64,000 nucleotides of DNA, taken from Eledone cirrhosa (Eukaryota). Of this stretch, positions 16,787 to 29,026 are shown in pieces. Made by a program: the position numbers and the translations under genes. Location: the NCBI GenBank assembly GCA_964016885.1, contig OZ024743.1:373984001-374048000 (forward strand). Reading direction: 5' to 3'. Positions within the stretch are counted from its first letter, which is position 1; every line of letters starts with the position of its first letter. Under the pieces are notes generated by a model. The model ran no database searches, was not told the DNA's origin, and saw nothing but the letters and a program-made list of their open reading frames with translations.

Positions 16787-17308
16787 AAGTGGTAAACAAT
16801 ACAGCAGGAAATAGAGGGGGATGAGAAGAGGAAGAAACGAAAAAAAAAGCATGTTTTTATGGCGAAAAACCTCGTGCGTGATCAGTTAGACATTTTGAGA
16901 GTGAATTTTGCCGTATAAGCCGATTGGTGAAAGCAACGTATGTCTATTGATCATGTTAATTCGAACAAGATTGAGACAGGGCCGTTCAATTATGAAGAAA
17001 GATTCACTCCTTGCTTCGTTTGCTAAAACCTGGATTAATCCGTTGTTATTGAAACTGTCTCTTTTGCTTGATGTTTTCAGATCTGGAACAACATTTCTTT
17101 CCCCTTCTTTTCTACCATGCCGCACATTGTCTCACTGCGTCAATGTAGTTTTCTTCATTTGCTTTTGCTGTTTGTGGCCATCGTCTCTGTACTTTTATTT
17201 TACCCTCTATGTAATATTCCTTTCACACACACACACGCACACACACACGCTCACACACACACACACGCACACACACACATACACACACACATATACATAT
17301 ATATATGC

Positions 17309-17480
17309 GAGTCTCGGGTTCAATAGGGGGTAACCACAGTTAGTAAGGTACTCTATACATTAGTAGAATGTAAACATCATATTTAATATAGAAGTGGCTT
17401 CTACAGGACCAGAACTGTTTCATTAAAAAAAATCATTCTAGTCCTGTAGAAGCCCTTTCCTTTCTATATTAAATATGTTG
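17309..17480 (-). mobile_element. Miniature fold-back of the 5927-6571 family
   Basis: atatttaatatagaa...cttctacaggac inverted as gtcctgtagaag...ttctatattaaatat; tail taaccacagttagtaaggtactc matches 6525-6548 reversed. Confidence 0.75.
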
Positions 17481-17546
<66 letters not shown>

Positions 17547-17549
<3 letters not shown>

Positions 17550-18194
17550 AGTATATATTACACAAAGAGAAGTGTGTTACACAGTGAGATGTGTGTAAAG
17601 AATTATTACAGTGAACTGCGGAATACTCTTAATTCCGATCTTTGTATACTTAATGAGCTCCAAATTGTTGAGCTAATAAATTCGAATGGTTGGGCTGCAC
17701 TTTCTAGCGTCTTCCTCAATCCATGAGAGCCGTTATTTGATGCAAATAACAGGTGATTTCGCCCTACTCTGGCCAGCGTGTCAATTAGCCATCTCTCTAT
17801 CCACGAGGTTAGATGTGTAGTGTTCAGTGTTCGCATTTGCTGACTGAGGATCCTGTGACCTGTTACTTTACATATAAGTGGTGAAACGAAGCGAGATTCG
17901 TATCAGCAAAATATACTTATAAGGTTTGTGATTTAAAACTCTAATACAGAGATTTGATTCTGAATTGGTTTTTTTCTATTTAATTGCTAACCTGTAGATA
18001 TTGTCCCCTATACAGTAACGGTAAAATCACTTGTAATAATTCTTTACACACATCTCACTGTGTAACACACTTCTCTTTGTGTAATATATACTTGCATTTG
18101 AGCTCAGAAGGAAATTTTCTATTCTTCTTTGCGCTAATACTATTATTATTATTACAGTGAACTGCGGAATACTCTTAATTCCGATCTTTGTATA

Positions 18195-18195
<1 letters not shown>
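17547..18195 (+). mobile_element. Fold-back element with hammerhead
   Basis: Inverted arms ~17548-17610 and ~18033-18094, tail to ~18145, segment 17603-17648 repeated at 18148-18193; in (TA)n. Confidence 0.8.
17836..17910 (+). ncRNA. Type I hammerhead ribozyme
   Basis: tttgctga CTGAGGA ...stem II... GAAA cgaa gcgaga ttcg TA tcagcaaa: 8-bp stem I, 4-bp stem III, GUA. Confidence 0.8.
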
Positions 18196-18272
<77 letters not shown>

Positions 18273-18291
18273 TACATATATATATAATAAT

Positions 18292-18473
18292 AATTGTTTC
18301 TACTTTAGGCACGAGGCCACCAATTACCCAGTGCATTACTGGTACTTTATTTTATCGACCCCGTAAGGATGAAAGGCAAAGTCAACCTCGGCGGGATTTG
18401 ACCTCAGATCGTAAAGAGACGTAACTATGCTGGAAAGCATGGCGTCCGACCCTCTACCGATACTGCCAATCCA
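18292..18473 (-). mobile_element. tRNA-derived SINE
   Basis: Reverse complement of the family consensus seen at 19923/20917; second partial copy 18630-18750. Confidence 0.85.
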
Positions 18474-18821
18474 GTAATAATAATAAATGTGAAGACTAAA
18501 ATCCAAAGAGGGCTCGATAAGGATAAATATATATCAAATATATAAGAATCATAGAGCAAATCTTTATTAAAATAACAGATTAAAGTTTAAGCAAAGAATC
18601 GCTGCTTTCATCCTTAAGTTCCCGTTAATAATAATTGTTTCTACTTTTGGCACAAGGCCACCAATTACCAGTGTATTACTGGTACATTATTTTATCGACC
18701 CCGTAAGGATGAAAGGTAAAGTTAACCTCGGCGTGATTTGAACTTAGAAAGCAATAATAACAGTCGATAACTATTGATAATAGTTGAGAAAATTGGCACA
18801 CACACATATATACACACATAT

Positions 18822-18980
18822 CTAGGGCGGGTAAAATTCCCGAGATCCATGGACGAGTTCTCTCCAGCGGTCTCTGTCCCTCATTATCGCTGCCATGTCC
18901 TGCGTCTCCAACAGACCAGTGTCTGTCCTTAGGGCATCAACATACGTTAACCTTGGTCTTCCTATTCCAGTGTGTCCATG
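18822..18980 (-). mobile_element. RTE LINE 3' fragment
   Basis: Near-identical reverse complement of 33231-33388. Confidence 0.85.
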
Positions 18981-18986
18981 TATATA

Positions 18987-19067
<81 letters not shown>

Positions 19068-19922
19068 ATATATGTATAATTATATGTATATATGTATACA
19101 CACATATATACATATAATTTCTAACGTATATTGTTTTTTGTGGTGGTGGTGGTATGGGGTTCATAGAGATAACAGAGAAATAATATCTTGAAAAGGAGGA
19201 CTAGTAAGAGACTAGGCTAAATAGAGGGTAGAAAGAGAGGGAGAGAGAGGGCGAGAGGGAAAGGGGGAAGGGGTGAGATAGTATCAGATAGGAAGAGAAT
19301 GGAAGGGGTTAAGAGAGTCAAAGAGAGTTATACATAAAAATGGAGAGAGAGAGGGGTAGAGAAAGAGAGGAAGGGAGAGAGAGATAAAGAGAGAACGATA
19401 AAGAGGAAGAGAGAAAGACCGAGAAGGAGAGAGAGATAAAGAGAGAGCGAAAAAGAGAAAGGGAGAAAGAGAGAGAGAGAAAGAGAGGGAAAAAGAGAAA
19501 GTGAGAAAGAGAGAGAGAGACTGAGAAGGAGAGAGATAGAGAGAGATATATATAAAGAGAGAGCAAGAAGGAGACAGAGAGAGACGGAGAAGGAGAGAGA
19601 GAGAGAGAGAGATAGAGTTTTATATCAGTTGATTCAATTTCTTTCCTTAGTAACTCCACAAACCTCAACATTGATTTTTATATTTTTTCTCTGAACAATA
19701 AATTAGCCATAAATAAGTTTTATCTTTTACTTCTGCTGTATTTCCTCTCCTTCGATAACGATATCTAGTTTTAATCTCAATTTCCTCATAGCCACCATCA
19801 AGTCGATGGTGTAATAGAATCGAAAGAGTGCCAAGCAAAATGCCCTTTATTAGAACGTAGAGTTCTGTCCTTTTACGCCTGTGTCTCCTGAGTAAGGGTA
19901 AATTTTCATTATTACAACTGTC

Positions 19923-20140
19923 TAGGGCGGTGGATTGGCAGAAGCGGTAGAGTGTCGGACAACATGCTTAGCGGCATAGAGTTACGGACCTTTACGTTCT
20001 GAGTTCAAATCCTGCCGAGGTTAGTTTTGCCTTTCATCCTTACGGGGTTGATAAAATAAAGTACCAGTAATGCACTGGGGTCGATTTAATCGACTTTCCC
20101 CTCCCCAGAATTGCTGGCCTTGTGCTTATATAAAAAAACC
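19923..20140 (+). mobile_element. tRNA-derived SINE
   Basis: A box tggcagaagcgg, B box gagttcaaatcc. Confidence 0.88.
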
Positions 20141-20160
20141 ATTATTACAACCATCTTCTT

Positions 20161-20375
20161 TAGGGCGGTGGATTGGTAGTGTCGGTAGAGTCGGACACCA
20201 TGCTTTGCCGCATAGAGTTACGGCTCTTTACGTTCTGAGTTCAAACACCGCCGAGGTGAGCTTTGCTCTTCATAAATACAGGGTCGATAAATAAAGCACC
20301 AGTAATGTACTGAGGTAGATTTAATCGACTTTCCCTTCCCCAAACATTGTGGCCTTGTGCCTAAATCAGAAATCA
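20161..20375 (+). mobile_element. tRNA-derived SINE (tandem with previous)
   Basis: tagggcggtggattggtagtgtcggtag...gagttcaaacacc. Confidence 0.85.
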
Positions 20376-20653
20376 TTATTACACTACCAGTAATACACCG
20401 AGTAATTGCTGGCCTTGTGCCTAACGTAGAAACAATTATTACAGCCATCTTCGAGACGGGTGTAATAATATTTTAATTTTATCTAAAGGGTAGATGATAA
20501 GTTTCGTTAGGATTTTGAAAGTGAAATTTGTTTTTCCTATGAGTTTAAAAAAAATATTTTAAACGAATACAACCTTTAACACCGCAGTAAATGACTTCTG
20601 TGGTTCCCCTCACTTGAGAACTCCATAACACCCATTTTGGAGATTAGCACAAT

Positions 20654-20860
20654 AATGATTTCTAATTTAGACACAAGGCCTGCAATTATTGAAGGAAGAG
20701 GAAAGTCGATTATATCGACTCAAGTACTTCACTAGTACTTCATTTAATCAATCCCGGAAGGATGAAAGGCAAAGTTGACATTGGCGTGATTTGAAACCAG
20801 AATGTAGAGGACCGTAATGAAATACTGCAATACATTTCATCTGACCTTTTAACGATTCTG
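20654..20860 (-). mobile_element. tRNA-derived SINE, diverged
   Basis: ggatgaaaggcaaagttgac...gatttgaaaccagaatgtag is the reverse of the family body. Confidence 0.75.
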
Positions 20861-20916
20861 TGAATGTATCGTTTTTGTGATGGCTGTAATAGAAACCATT
20901 ATCAGAGCAAGTACAA

Positions 20917-21135
20917 GGGCAGTGGATTGGCAGTATCGGTAGAGGGTTGGATACCATGCTTTGCAGCATAGAGTTACGGTCCTTTATGATCTGAGTTCAA
21001 ATCCCGCCGAGGTTAACTTTGCCTTTCATCCTTACGGAGTCGATTCAATAAAGTACCAGTAACGTACTGGGGTCGATTTAATCGATTTTCCCCGCCCCAA
21101 AATTGCTGGCCTTGTGCCTATATAAGAAACCATTA
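20917..21135 (+). mobile_element. tRNA-derived SINE
   Basis: A/B boxes and body nearly identical to 16106-16316. Confidence 0.88.
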
Positions 21136-21489
21136 TCAGAGCAAGTACCATTCATCTATTTGGGGTGTTTGATGTTATTGGTTATCTTCTTGACAAAAAA
21201 TAACATTTTCGGGTTTGTGCAGAGATTAAATAAATAATTGTTTTACCATTCTTCAGTTCGGTAGGGTTGATAGAATCGGTAGCGTAGTGGACAATGTGCA
21301 TTGTGTCATTTAGTTTACGGCACCTTATATCTTGAAAGTGAATCCTGTCGAAGTATGATTTTTTTACCTTCTGGAGTCAATAAAATTAAAAAAACCAGTC
21401 AAGTAGTGCAAGTCTAATTATTCGACCATATACCACCTTCACACAAAAACTCTGTAGCTTTGTATGAATGCAAGAAGTTAGGAAATTCA

Positions 21490-21825
21490 CGTTAGGTGAA
21501 AGCGTGTGGTTAAGTGAAAGCGTGTCGTTAGGTGAAAACGTGTCGTTAGGTGAAAGCGTGTCGTTAGGTGAAAGCGTGTCGTTAGGTGAAAGCGTGTCGT
21601 TAGGTGAAAGCGTGTCGTTAGGTGAAAACGTGTCGTTAGGTGAAAGCGTGTAATTAGGTGAAAGCGTGTCGTTAGGTGAAAACGTGTCGTTAGGTGAAAA
21701 CGTGCCGTTAGGTGGAAACATGTCGTTAGGTGGAAACCTGTCGTTAGGTGAAAGCGTGTCGTTAGGTGAAAGCGTGTCGTTAGGTGAAAGCGTGTCATTA
21801 GGTGAAAACGTGTCGTTAGGTGAAA
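21490..21825. repeat. 18-bp minisatellite, ~18 copies
   Basis: Unit gttaggtgaaagcgtgtc. Confidence 0.96.
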
Positions 21826-21833
21826 TCCTTAAC

Positions 21834-21940
21834 TGTTAGAGTGTTGGGCTCATAATCGTAAGGTCATAGGTTCGATTCATAGACATTGCAGCGCGTTGTC
21901 TTTGAACAAGACACCTCGTTTCACGTTACTCCAGGTCACA
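21834..21940 (+). mobile_element. Second SINE family with tRNA-Met-like head
   Basis: gttagagtgttgggctCATaatcgtaaggtcataggttcgattc followed by gtctttgaacaagacac; acceptor stem not intact. Confidence 0.6.
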
Positions 21941-22059
21941 CAGTTGAAAAAACATAATGAGTTCCAGAAGGTTAGGTTAAACTGGGCAACAATTAAGTCG
22001 ACCTCTCAAAGATTAGCTTTACCACCTTATCCGAAGTATTATGCTTTGCCCCTTCCTCT

Positions 22060-22450
22060 ACAAAGGATTAAGTCTACCACCAGAATCACGGGATTAAGTC
22101 GACCAGCAAAGGTTTAAATCTACCACCCACACTCTAGGATTAACTTCAACCACCCCTCCCCGTGACTAAATCTACCACTCAAACCCTAGGATTAAGTGTA
22201 ACCACCCCCGGGGACTAAATCTACAACCTAAACCCTAGGATTAAGTGTACCCAGCACTCCCCGAGACTAGATCTACAACCCAAACCCTAGGATTAAGTGT
22301 AACCACCCCACCCGGGACTAAATCTACCTCCCAAACCCTAGGATTAAGTGTAACCACCCCCCGGGGACTAAATCTACCTCCTAAACCCTAGGATTAAGTG
22401 TAACCATCACTCCCAGTGAGGACTAAATCTACCAGCCAAGGATTAAGACG
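22060..22450. repeat. Degenerate ~50-bp minisatellite with ~25-bp subunit
   Basis: Repeating aaaccctaggattaagtgtaaccacccccggggactaaatctac. Confidence 0.88.
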
Positions 22451-22864
22451 ACAGCTGCTCAAGATTGTGTGACAAGGGATGACAATTCGACTATAGGTTT
22501 CGCCTCTTTTGTGAGTCATTTGTCGACACATTAGCGTACTTCAACAACGTTTCCTCAAATCGCCTGAAGATCTTTGAAGCGAGACCTTTGTGTGAAATAT
22601 CGAGAAATATGAAACATTTTGTTTAATGCCTAATATTATAGATTGTGCTATACCGCAGTATATTCAAATTTATAGCAGCAGACATATTGAAATGGATTTA
22701 TTGTGTACGAAATATTTCCAATTTGTTTACAATATCGAGTACTGTTTATGAATGTAATAATCGTAACATTGATCCTAACTATGAGCCATCATTAACAGAG
22801 AGATAGATAGAGAGAGAGGTGGGGCGTATCATACACACTCACACATATAATTATTAAAATCTGC

Positions 22865-22910
<46 letters not shown>

Positions 22911-23022
22911 CCCACCCTTGCAAGCATGGATAAGTGGAGGATGATGATGATGATGATATACATACACACACACAAACATATAAATATATATATATATATA
23001 CATGCACACATACATATATATA

Positions 23023-23455
23023 TATATATTGGTAAACGGAATAGAAAATGCTGACAAATTGTTCACAGTTGAAAAATAGTTTAATTAGGAATAAAAGAGT
23101 ATTAGTGATTGTATGGGTTAGTATTCAGTTGTGGTTTTAAGTTTTTAAGTCTTTACCGGTTGCGCATTTCTAAATGCTTTTCAAAAATAATTTTGAGATA
23201 GAGTGTCCGTGCTGTTTGCTCTGATCAGAGCAAACAGCACGGACACTCTATCTCAAAATTATTTTTGAAAAGCATTTAGAAATGCGCAACCGGTAAAAAC
23301 TTAAAAACTTAAAACCACAACTGAATACTAACCCATACAATCACTAATACTCTTTTATTCCTAATTAAACTATTTTTCAACTGTGAACAATTTGTCAGCA
23401 TTTTCTATTCCGTTTACCAATATATAATAACTTGTGTGTTACACCTCTATTCTTT

Positions 23456-23459
<4 letters not shown>
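23023..23459 (+). mobile_element. Spacerless ~400-bp palindrome plus 33-bp tail (PLE-end fold-back)
   Basis: Symmetry centre ctga|tcag at 23224/23225, ~200-bp arms, one mismatch seen; single-arm relative at 40049-40273. Confidence 0.93.
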
Positions 23460-23498
<39 letters not shown>

Positions 23499-23552
<54 letters not shown>

Positions 23553-26500
23553 TTTACGTCCGCTTTTCCCTGCTTGCAAGGGTGGGACGGGTCTTATTCA
23601 GCACAGCATCTCTCCACCCGTCACGGTCCCTCGCCATCTCCACCGTGAGCTTCAATGATCTGAGGTCTGTTCTCACCACCTCCGCCCATGTTTTTCGTGG
23701 TCTACCTCTACCACGTCTTCCTTCAACTGGCAATTCCTGGCACTTCTCCACCCATCGGTCATCCTCCATGCGCATCACATGTCCATACCACCTCAGTCTC
23801 CTCTCCCGTACACTACATTCTATCCCTCTCAGACACAGTTTCTCTCTCAACACATTTATGCTGGGTCGTTCACGCACATTTACACTGCACATCCAACGGA
23901 GCATGCTTGCCTCATTTCTCTCCAGCCGTCGCATATCCTCTGCGGTTGCTGCCCATGTCTCACTACCATGCAGCATCGCGCTCCTCACACAGGCATCATA
24001 CAACTGGCCTTTCGTACGCAGGGAGAAACCCTTCTTCGTCAACAGAGGAAGCAGATCCCTAAACTTCTTCCAACCCGTCCTTATTCTAGATACTATGGCC
24101 TCGGAACACCCTCCTCCCATGCTAATCTGATCTCCTAGGTACCGGAAGCTATCCACCACTTCTATAGCGCCCTCTCGCATTTGAAAAATGTGTCTATCAG
24201 TGCGACTTCTACTGTCTAATTTCCCTGTACATCTACTGCATACATATTTCTCCCTACCTGTTAGTTTGCCTGCTATCCCGCTACATCTCTTGTGTACCCA
24301 GGACCTGCATTGTGTGCATTTTATAGAATTTATGCCAGTTCCTTTTCTGCATATCGAACATGGCCATTTCCCTGACGGAATCAGGGTTTTGTCCTCTTTT
24401 CTACTCATCAACACTTTTGTCTTAGCTAGATTTACTCTCAGTCCTCTTGCTTCCAACTGCTGTTTCCATAGCCGGAATTTATTCTCTAGCTCCTCTACTG
24501 ATTCTGCTATAAGAGCCATATCGTCAGCATAGAGAAGTTCCCATGGACAGCCAGTCTTAAACTCCTGTTATGGCTTGGAGGACTATAATGAACAAGAGCG
24601 GGCTGAGGACCGAACCCTGATGTACTCCTACTTGTATCTAGAATTCCTCACTAAACTCCATTCCTACCCTGACTTTACTGAGAGTACCTCTGTACAAAGT
24701 TTGCACTGTCCTCACAAGCCATTCCTCAACACCTAGCTTCCTTAGGGACCACCAGATGACAGATCGGGGTACCCTATCAAAGGCCTTCTCTAGGTCAACA
24801 AAGGCTAAGTATAGTGGCTTATTCTTCTCTAAGAACCTCTCTTGCATTTGTCTCACCAAGAAGAGGGCATCTGTTGTACTCTTCCCAGGCACAAAACCAA
24901 ACTGCATCTCAACTAGTTTGACCCTTTCTCTAATTAGTTGTGCTAAAATCCTTTCTGCCACTTTCATAACCTGATCTATCAGTTTTATACCCCTATAATT
25001 GCTCCTCTCCAAAGCATCCCCTTTACCTTTGTAGCAATTTATGATAATACTGCTGCACCAGTCTTTGGGTATGACACCACCATATATAGCCTGATTGATG
25101 ATGCGTGCAACCAGTTTAGTGCCTACGTCCCCTGATGCCTTCAGCATCTCAGCAACTATTCCCGATGGTCCGGCCGCCTTACCATTTTTCATTTCCCTAA
25201 TCGCCTCTTGGACCCTATATTCGTCAATCTCAATAGCTGGTCCCTCTGTCGGATCTACCAAGGGTAATTTCTCTCTCTCCCATTCGTTCTCCACATTCAT
25301 CAGTCTCTCATAATGACATTTCCAGGCCTCCTTTTTCTGGTCATTCGTGACACTAAGTACACCGGCATCATCCCGGACACATTTATCTCCAACAACATCC
25401 TGATTTGCATTGACACACTGCCTTGCAATGTGGAACACCGCATGCCTCTGATCTTCCCGTCGCAGAACATTGGCAAACCTCCTACTCTCTGCCTCCATGC
25501 GTGCTAAGTACGCCTGACGTCTAGCTTCTCTCTTAGTGGCTGTATATTCTTCCCTACTCCCACCCTTTCTCCAAGCCTTCCATGCTAGTCTTTTGTCTCT
25601 AATAGCCTTATCTACTGTGCTGTTCCACCACCAGGTCACTCTCTGTCTGGTTGGAGCTCTGCTCCAGCCACAGGTTTCATCAGTAGCCTGCAGCAAGTTG
25701 TCACGTAAGAACTTCCAGTTATTATCTATGTCATACGTCTCTAAATCGTCTTCTTTTTCGTCATATACATCTTGAAGGGCTTTCCTAAATTTGTATTTTA
25801 GTGAAAGGTCTTTTAGCTTCCAGACCTTTCTTCTCCACATCTTCCTATATGTCTCATTCCATCTCTTGCTTACTGAGATATCACTAACAACTAACCTATG
25901 CTGTGGGGTACATTCTTCCCCAGGGTATGCCTTGGTATTAGACACTATCTGCCTGTCCCGCTGCCTAACTAGCAGGAAGTCAATCTGGCTTATGTGCTCA
26001 CCAGATTTGTAGGTTATTAGGTGATTGGCAGGTTTCTGGAAGTTTGTGTTGCAAATAGTCAATGTACTCGCATCACAAAATTCAAGAAGTCTCACTCCTT
26101 CTTCATTTCTTGAACCGTAACCGTGCCCACCATGTACCCCAGTGTAACCATCCTGGAGCTGTCCAACATGACCATTGAAGTCTCCTGCTAGCATAACGAT
26201 GTCTCCGTCCTCTGTCATTGTGGTTGTTTGCAAAAGTTGCTCATAAAAGCAGTCTTTCTCATCTTTGCCTAGGCCTGCTTGGGGAGCATAGACCGAGATG
26301 ATTGTCAGTAGTCTCCTACCTACAACTAATCTAAGCTTAATTATTCGATTACTAACTCGAACTACCTCTATTGTCTTATTGATCCATTTCTCAGCCAGGA
26401 AAATGCCTACTCCCCCTAACCCATCATCCTTACCTACCCAGAATAGCTTATAGCTAAGACGCTTGCCTACGACTAGTCTCGCAGAGGCACCTCTCCATCT

Positions 26501-26810
26501 CACCTCTTGCACGCAGCACACATCCACCTGCCTTCTCTCCAGCATCTCCGCTATTTCAGCAGATCTACCTCTGAGAGTGCCAACATTAAGTGTTGCAACT
26601 CTGAGATGCGACGTCTTCATATTTTCCTATGCTGTTTTGTTGCTGTGCTGATAAGCTTTTTGGCATTGATACACTGGTTGGATGCCCTTCCTAACACCAG
26701 CGCCACTTTACAGCATGGACTGGGTGCTTTTATTTGTGCCACCAGCACTAGAGAGGATGTCTTACTAGACTCAAGGGCCCTCTCTACCCCTCCATTTTAC
26801 AGCATGGTCA
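23499..26810 (-). mobile_element. Near full-length RTE-clade LINE
   Basis: Single APE-RT ORF, short 5'UTR 26621-26810, (GAT)n 3' tail at 23499-23552. Confidence 0.92.
23554..26620 (-). pseudogene. RTE endonuclease/reverse transcriptase with one nonsense codon and one frameshift
   Basis: APE motifs TLNVGTL, CCVQEVRW, AGDFNGH, IDFLL, QHRLV; RT motifs QFGF, FVDLEKAFD, GVHQGSVLSP, YADD (24531-24520); TAG at 24638-24640 and a frameshift near 24565; PHD-like Cys cluster after RT. Confidence 0.92.
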
Positions 26811-27049
26811 TAAAAAAAAAAAAAAAAAAAAAACTTATTGACACGACTCACACACCAATACTCATGCATACAAACCACAACCACACATACCAACACTCAT
26901 TCATGCATACAATCACACACACCACTCACAAACACATATATATATATACATATATTACCGACAGTACTGATACAAAATCAAAATCAAAATCAAAATCGTC
27001 AAAATCACTATCATGTCAACTGTTGACCTTTCCCAGTCCAGTTCGGCTT

Positions 27050-27380
27050 GTATATAATAACAATAACAATAATAATTGTTTGCTTTACGCTGGTAATGGC
27101 GGTGGTGGTGGTGGATGGTATCAGCGTGGTGGTGGTGGATGGTCAGTGATGGTGGTGGCAGTTGTTGGTGCTGTAGTTGTTATTGTAGTTGTTGTCGTTG
27201 TTGCTGTTGTTGTTGTCCTTCATTTCACTGCTGCTGTTGCTGCAGACAATGGTGTTGATGCTGTTATTGCTGTCGCATATATACAAATACATACACACAC
27301 ACACATTCAACACAGACGATGGTGTTGTTGCTGTTGTTGTTGTTGTTGGTGTTGCTGCTGTTGTTGTTGTAGTTGTTGCT
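27050..27380. repeat. Mixed (GGT)n/(GTT)n/(GCT)n trinucleotide low-complexity region
   Basis: Direct reading. Confidence 0.85.
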
Positions 27381-27707
27381 GTGTTGAAATCTGGTCGCAT
27401 CCACTGAGATATACATATACACACACATACACATATGTATATACACATACATACATCAAAAGAGAGTCAGCAGTATGTCAACAGGGGACCGGGCAGCGAC
27501 CTTAGAGTAATGTGGTGATGGTGGGGAGCGAGTGTAGGCGTTATTGTTATTGTGGTGACGGGGGGTCAGTGAGATGTTACAAGTTCATAGATCACTTCTC
27601 TCTTTTCCTCACTCTTCAAAATTTTGAATTTATGGCCTTTTGCAATGGCGGACAAGTATATATAATATATATATATGAAGCAAAGAAAAGAAAATTTTCA
27701 CTGATAT

Positions 27708-28016
27708 GAAAGATTTCCTGGTAGAAGTTCAGGTGTATTCAGTGATTGGTATCCAGTTTCGGGGTATCCAATTAGAAAATCCAACGAATCTTTAAGAGGG
27801 GTCCACGCAACCATTGATATATATATGTATATATGTAAAATGCAAGCAGAAATAACAACGAAAGATTTCCTGGTAGAAGTTCAGGTGTATTCAGTGTTGG
27901 TATCCAGTGTCGGGGTATCCAATTAGAAAATCCAACGAATTTTTGAGAGGGGTCCACGCAAGCATATATATAGATATATATATGTATATATGCAAAATGC
28001 AAGCAGAAATAACAAC
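27708..28016. repeat. ~152-bp tandem duplication
   Basis: gaaagatttcctggtagaagttcagg...gcagaaataacaac at 27708-27859 and 27860-28016. Confidence 0.9.
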
Positions 28017-28465
28017 ACATATACTTATACTAATGAACATACATTAAACACAGAAGGACTGTAAATGATAATAGCAATATCTAGTATAAACATATCTCTA
28101 TTGGTCTCATAATTTTTAAATTTTCTCTTTCCTCTTGTGTGTGTGTAGCAACACGTGGTTGTGTGTTGCTGCTGACTCTAGCAGAGCCCAAGAAAACACG
28201 TCTTGCCCTAACAGCCGCTGCTCCCTTATATATATATATATATTTCGTTTCTGAATTTGTTTAGCAAAATTCTTTATCTGAAATCGTGTGTTGAAACCGA
28301 TATTGTTATACTTTGGGAGGGTCATGTTGCCAATAAGAAACACACGCACCAGTTGCTTTCACTTCAATTTATTATAATAAATTTATAAATTTAGGAATTT
28401 ATAAATTTATAAATTTCTGGTTGGTTGGTTGGTTGGTTCCACAACCAGATAGTTGTTTATATATT

Positions 28466-28508
28466 GTCAAAGTTCTTTCGTCACACATTCTGTGACCTCT
28501 TCAGTGAC
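28466..28508 (-). ncRNA. Minimal hammerhead ribozyme motif
   Basis: gtca CTGAAGA g gtcaca gaatg tgtgac GAAA gaac TT tgac. Confidence 0.72.
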
Positions 28509-28708
28509 TGGGGATTCTTTTCTTTGTTTTTGTGCCTCTCCTTTGTTCTGTCCTACGCCATTTTGTTTCTGTGTGTGTGTTGTGTGCTCAGTCTGCGCAT
28601 GCGCCACATCCGGGTGTCTGTCTGTGTTTATATTCGTTTATTTATTTGTTTATTTACATGTTACCGGTTGGTTGTTTGTTCTATGTGTGTGTGTGTTTCA
28701 TTTTGTCT

Positions 28709-29026
28709 TTAATTGTAAGTTGTGATGTTGCTGTTCCACTCATATTTTCTATTTAATTTTGGTTGTAATTCTTTTATGTTTATTGCCTCTGTGATTTGTC
28801 TAAACATTGCGTCTTTTCTGTGTGTAGATTCTATTTTTATTTCTATGTTCTCTAATTTACCCTTATGTTCTATTTTAGCATGTTGGTAGAGTACAGATGA
28901 TTCTTTACTATCTTGAAGGTCTCGCCAGTGTTCATTTATCCGTTCCCCTACACTACGAGCTGTCTCACCTATGTACACTATATTTTTGTCTCTACATTGT
29001 CCTTCAGTACATCTTATGCTAGACAC
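28709..29026 (-). pseudogene. PLE GIY-YIG endonuclease C-terminal fragment
   Basis: SIRC..C....VYIGETARSVGERINEH...RQITEAINIKELQPKLN. Confidence 0.88.

Noticed and set aside
16886-17125. 79-aa ORF in non-repetitive sequence
   Set aside because: No recognisable motifs and no clear splice or start context.
21490-21825. Regular short repeats suggestive of CRISPR or a repeat protein (SPNDTL)n
   Set aside because: No unique spacers and eukaryotic context; simple 18-bp minisatellite.
21834-21890. tRNA-Met gene
   Set aside because: No intact acceptor stem and it runs into a SINE body.
26507-27505. 332-aa ORF with poly-G/V/C runs
   Set aside because: Antisense of the RTE 5' end plus trinucleotide repeats.
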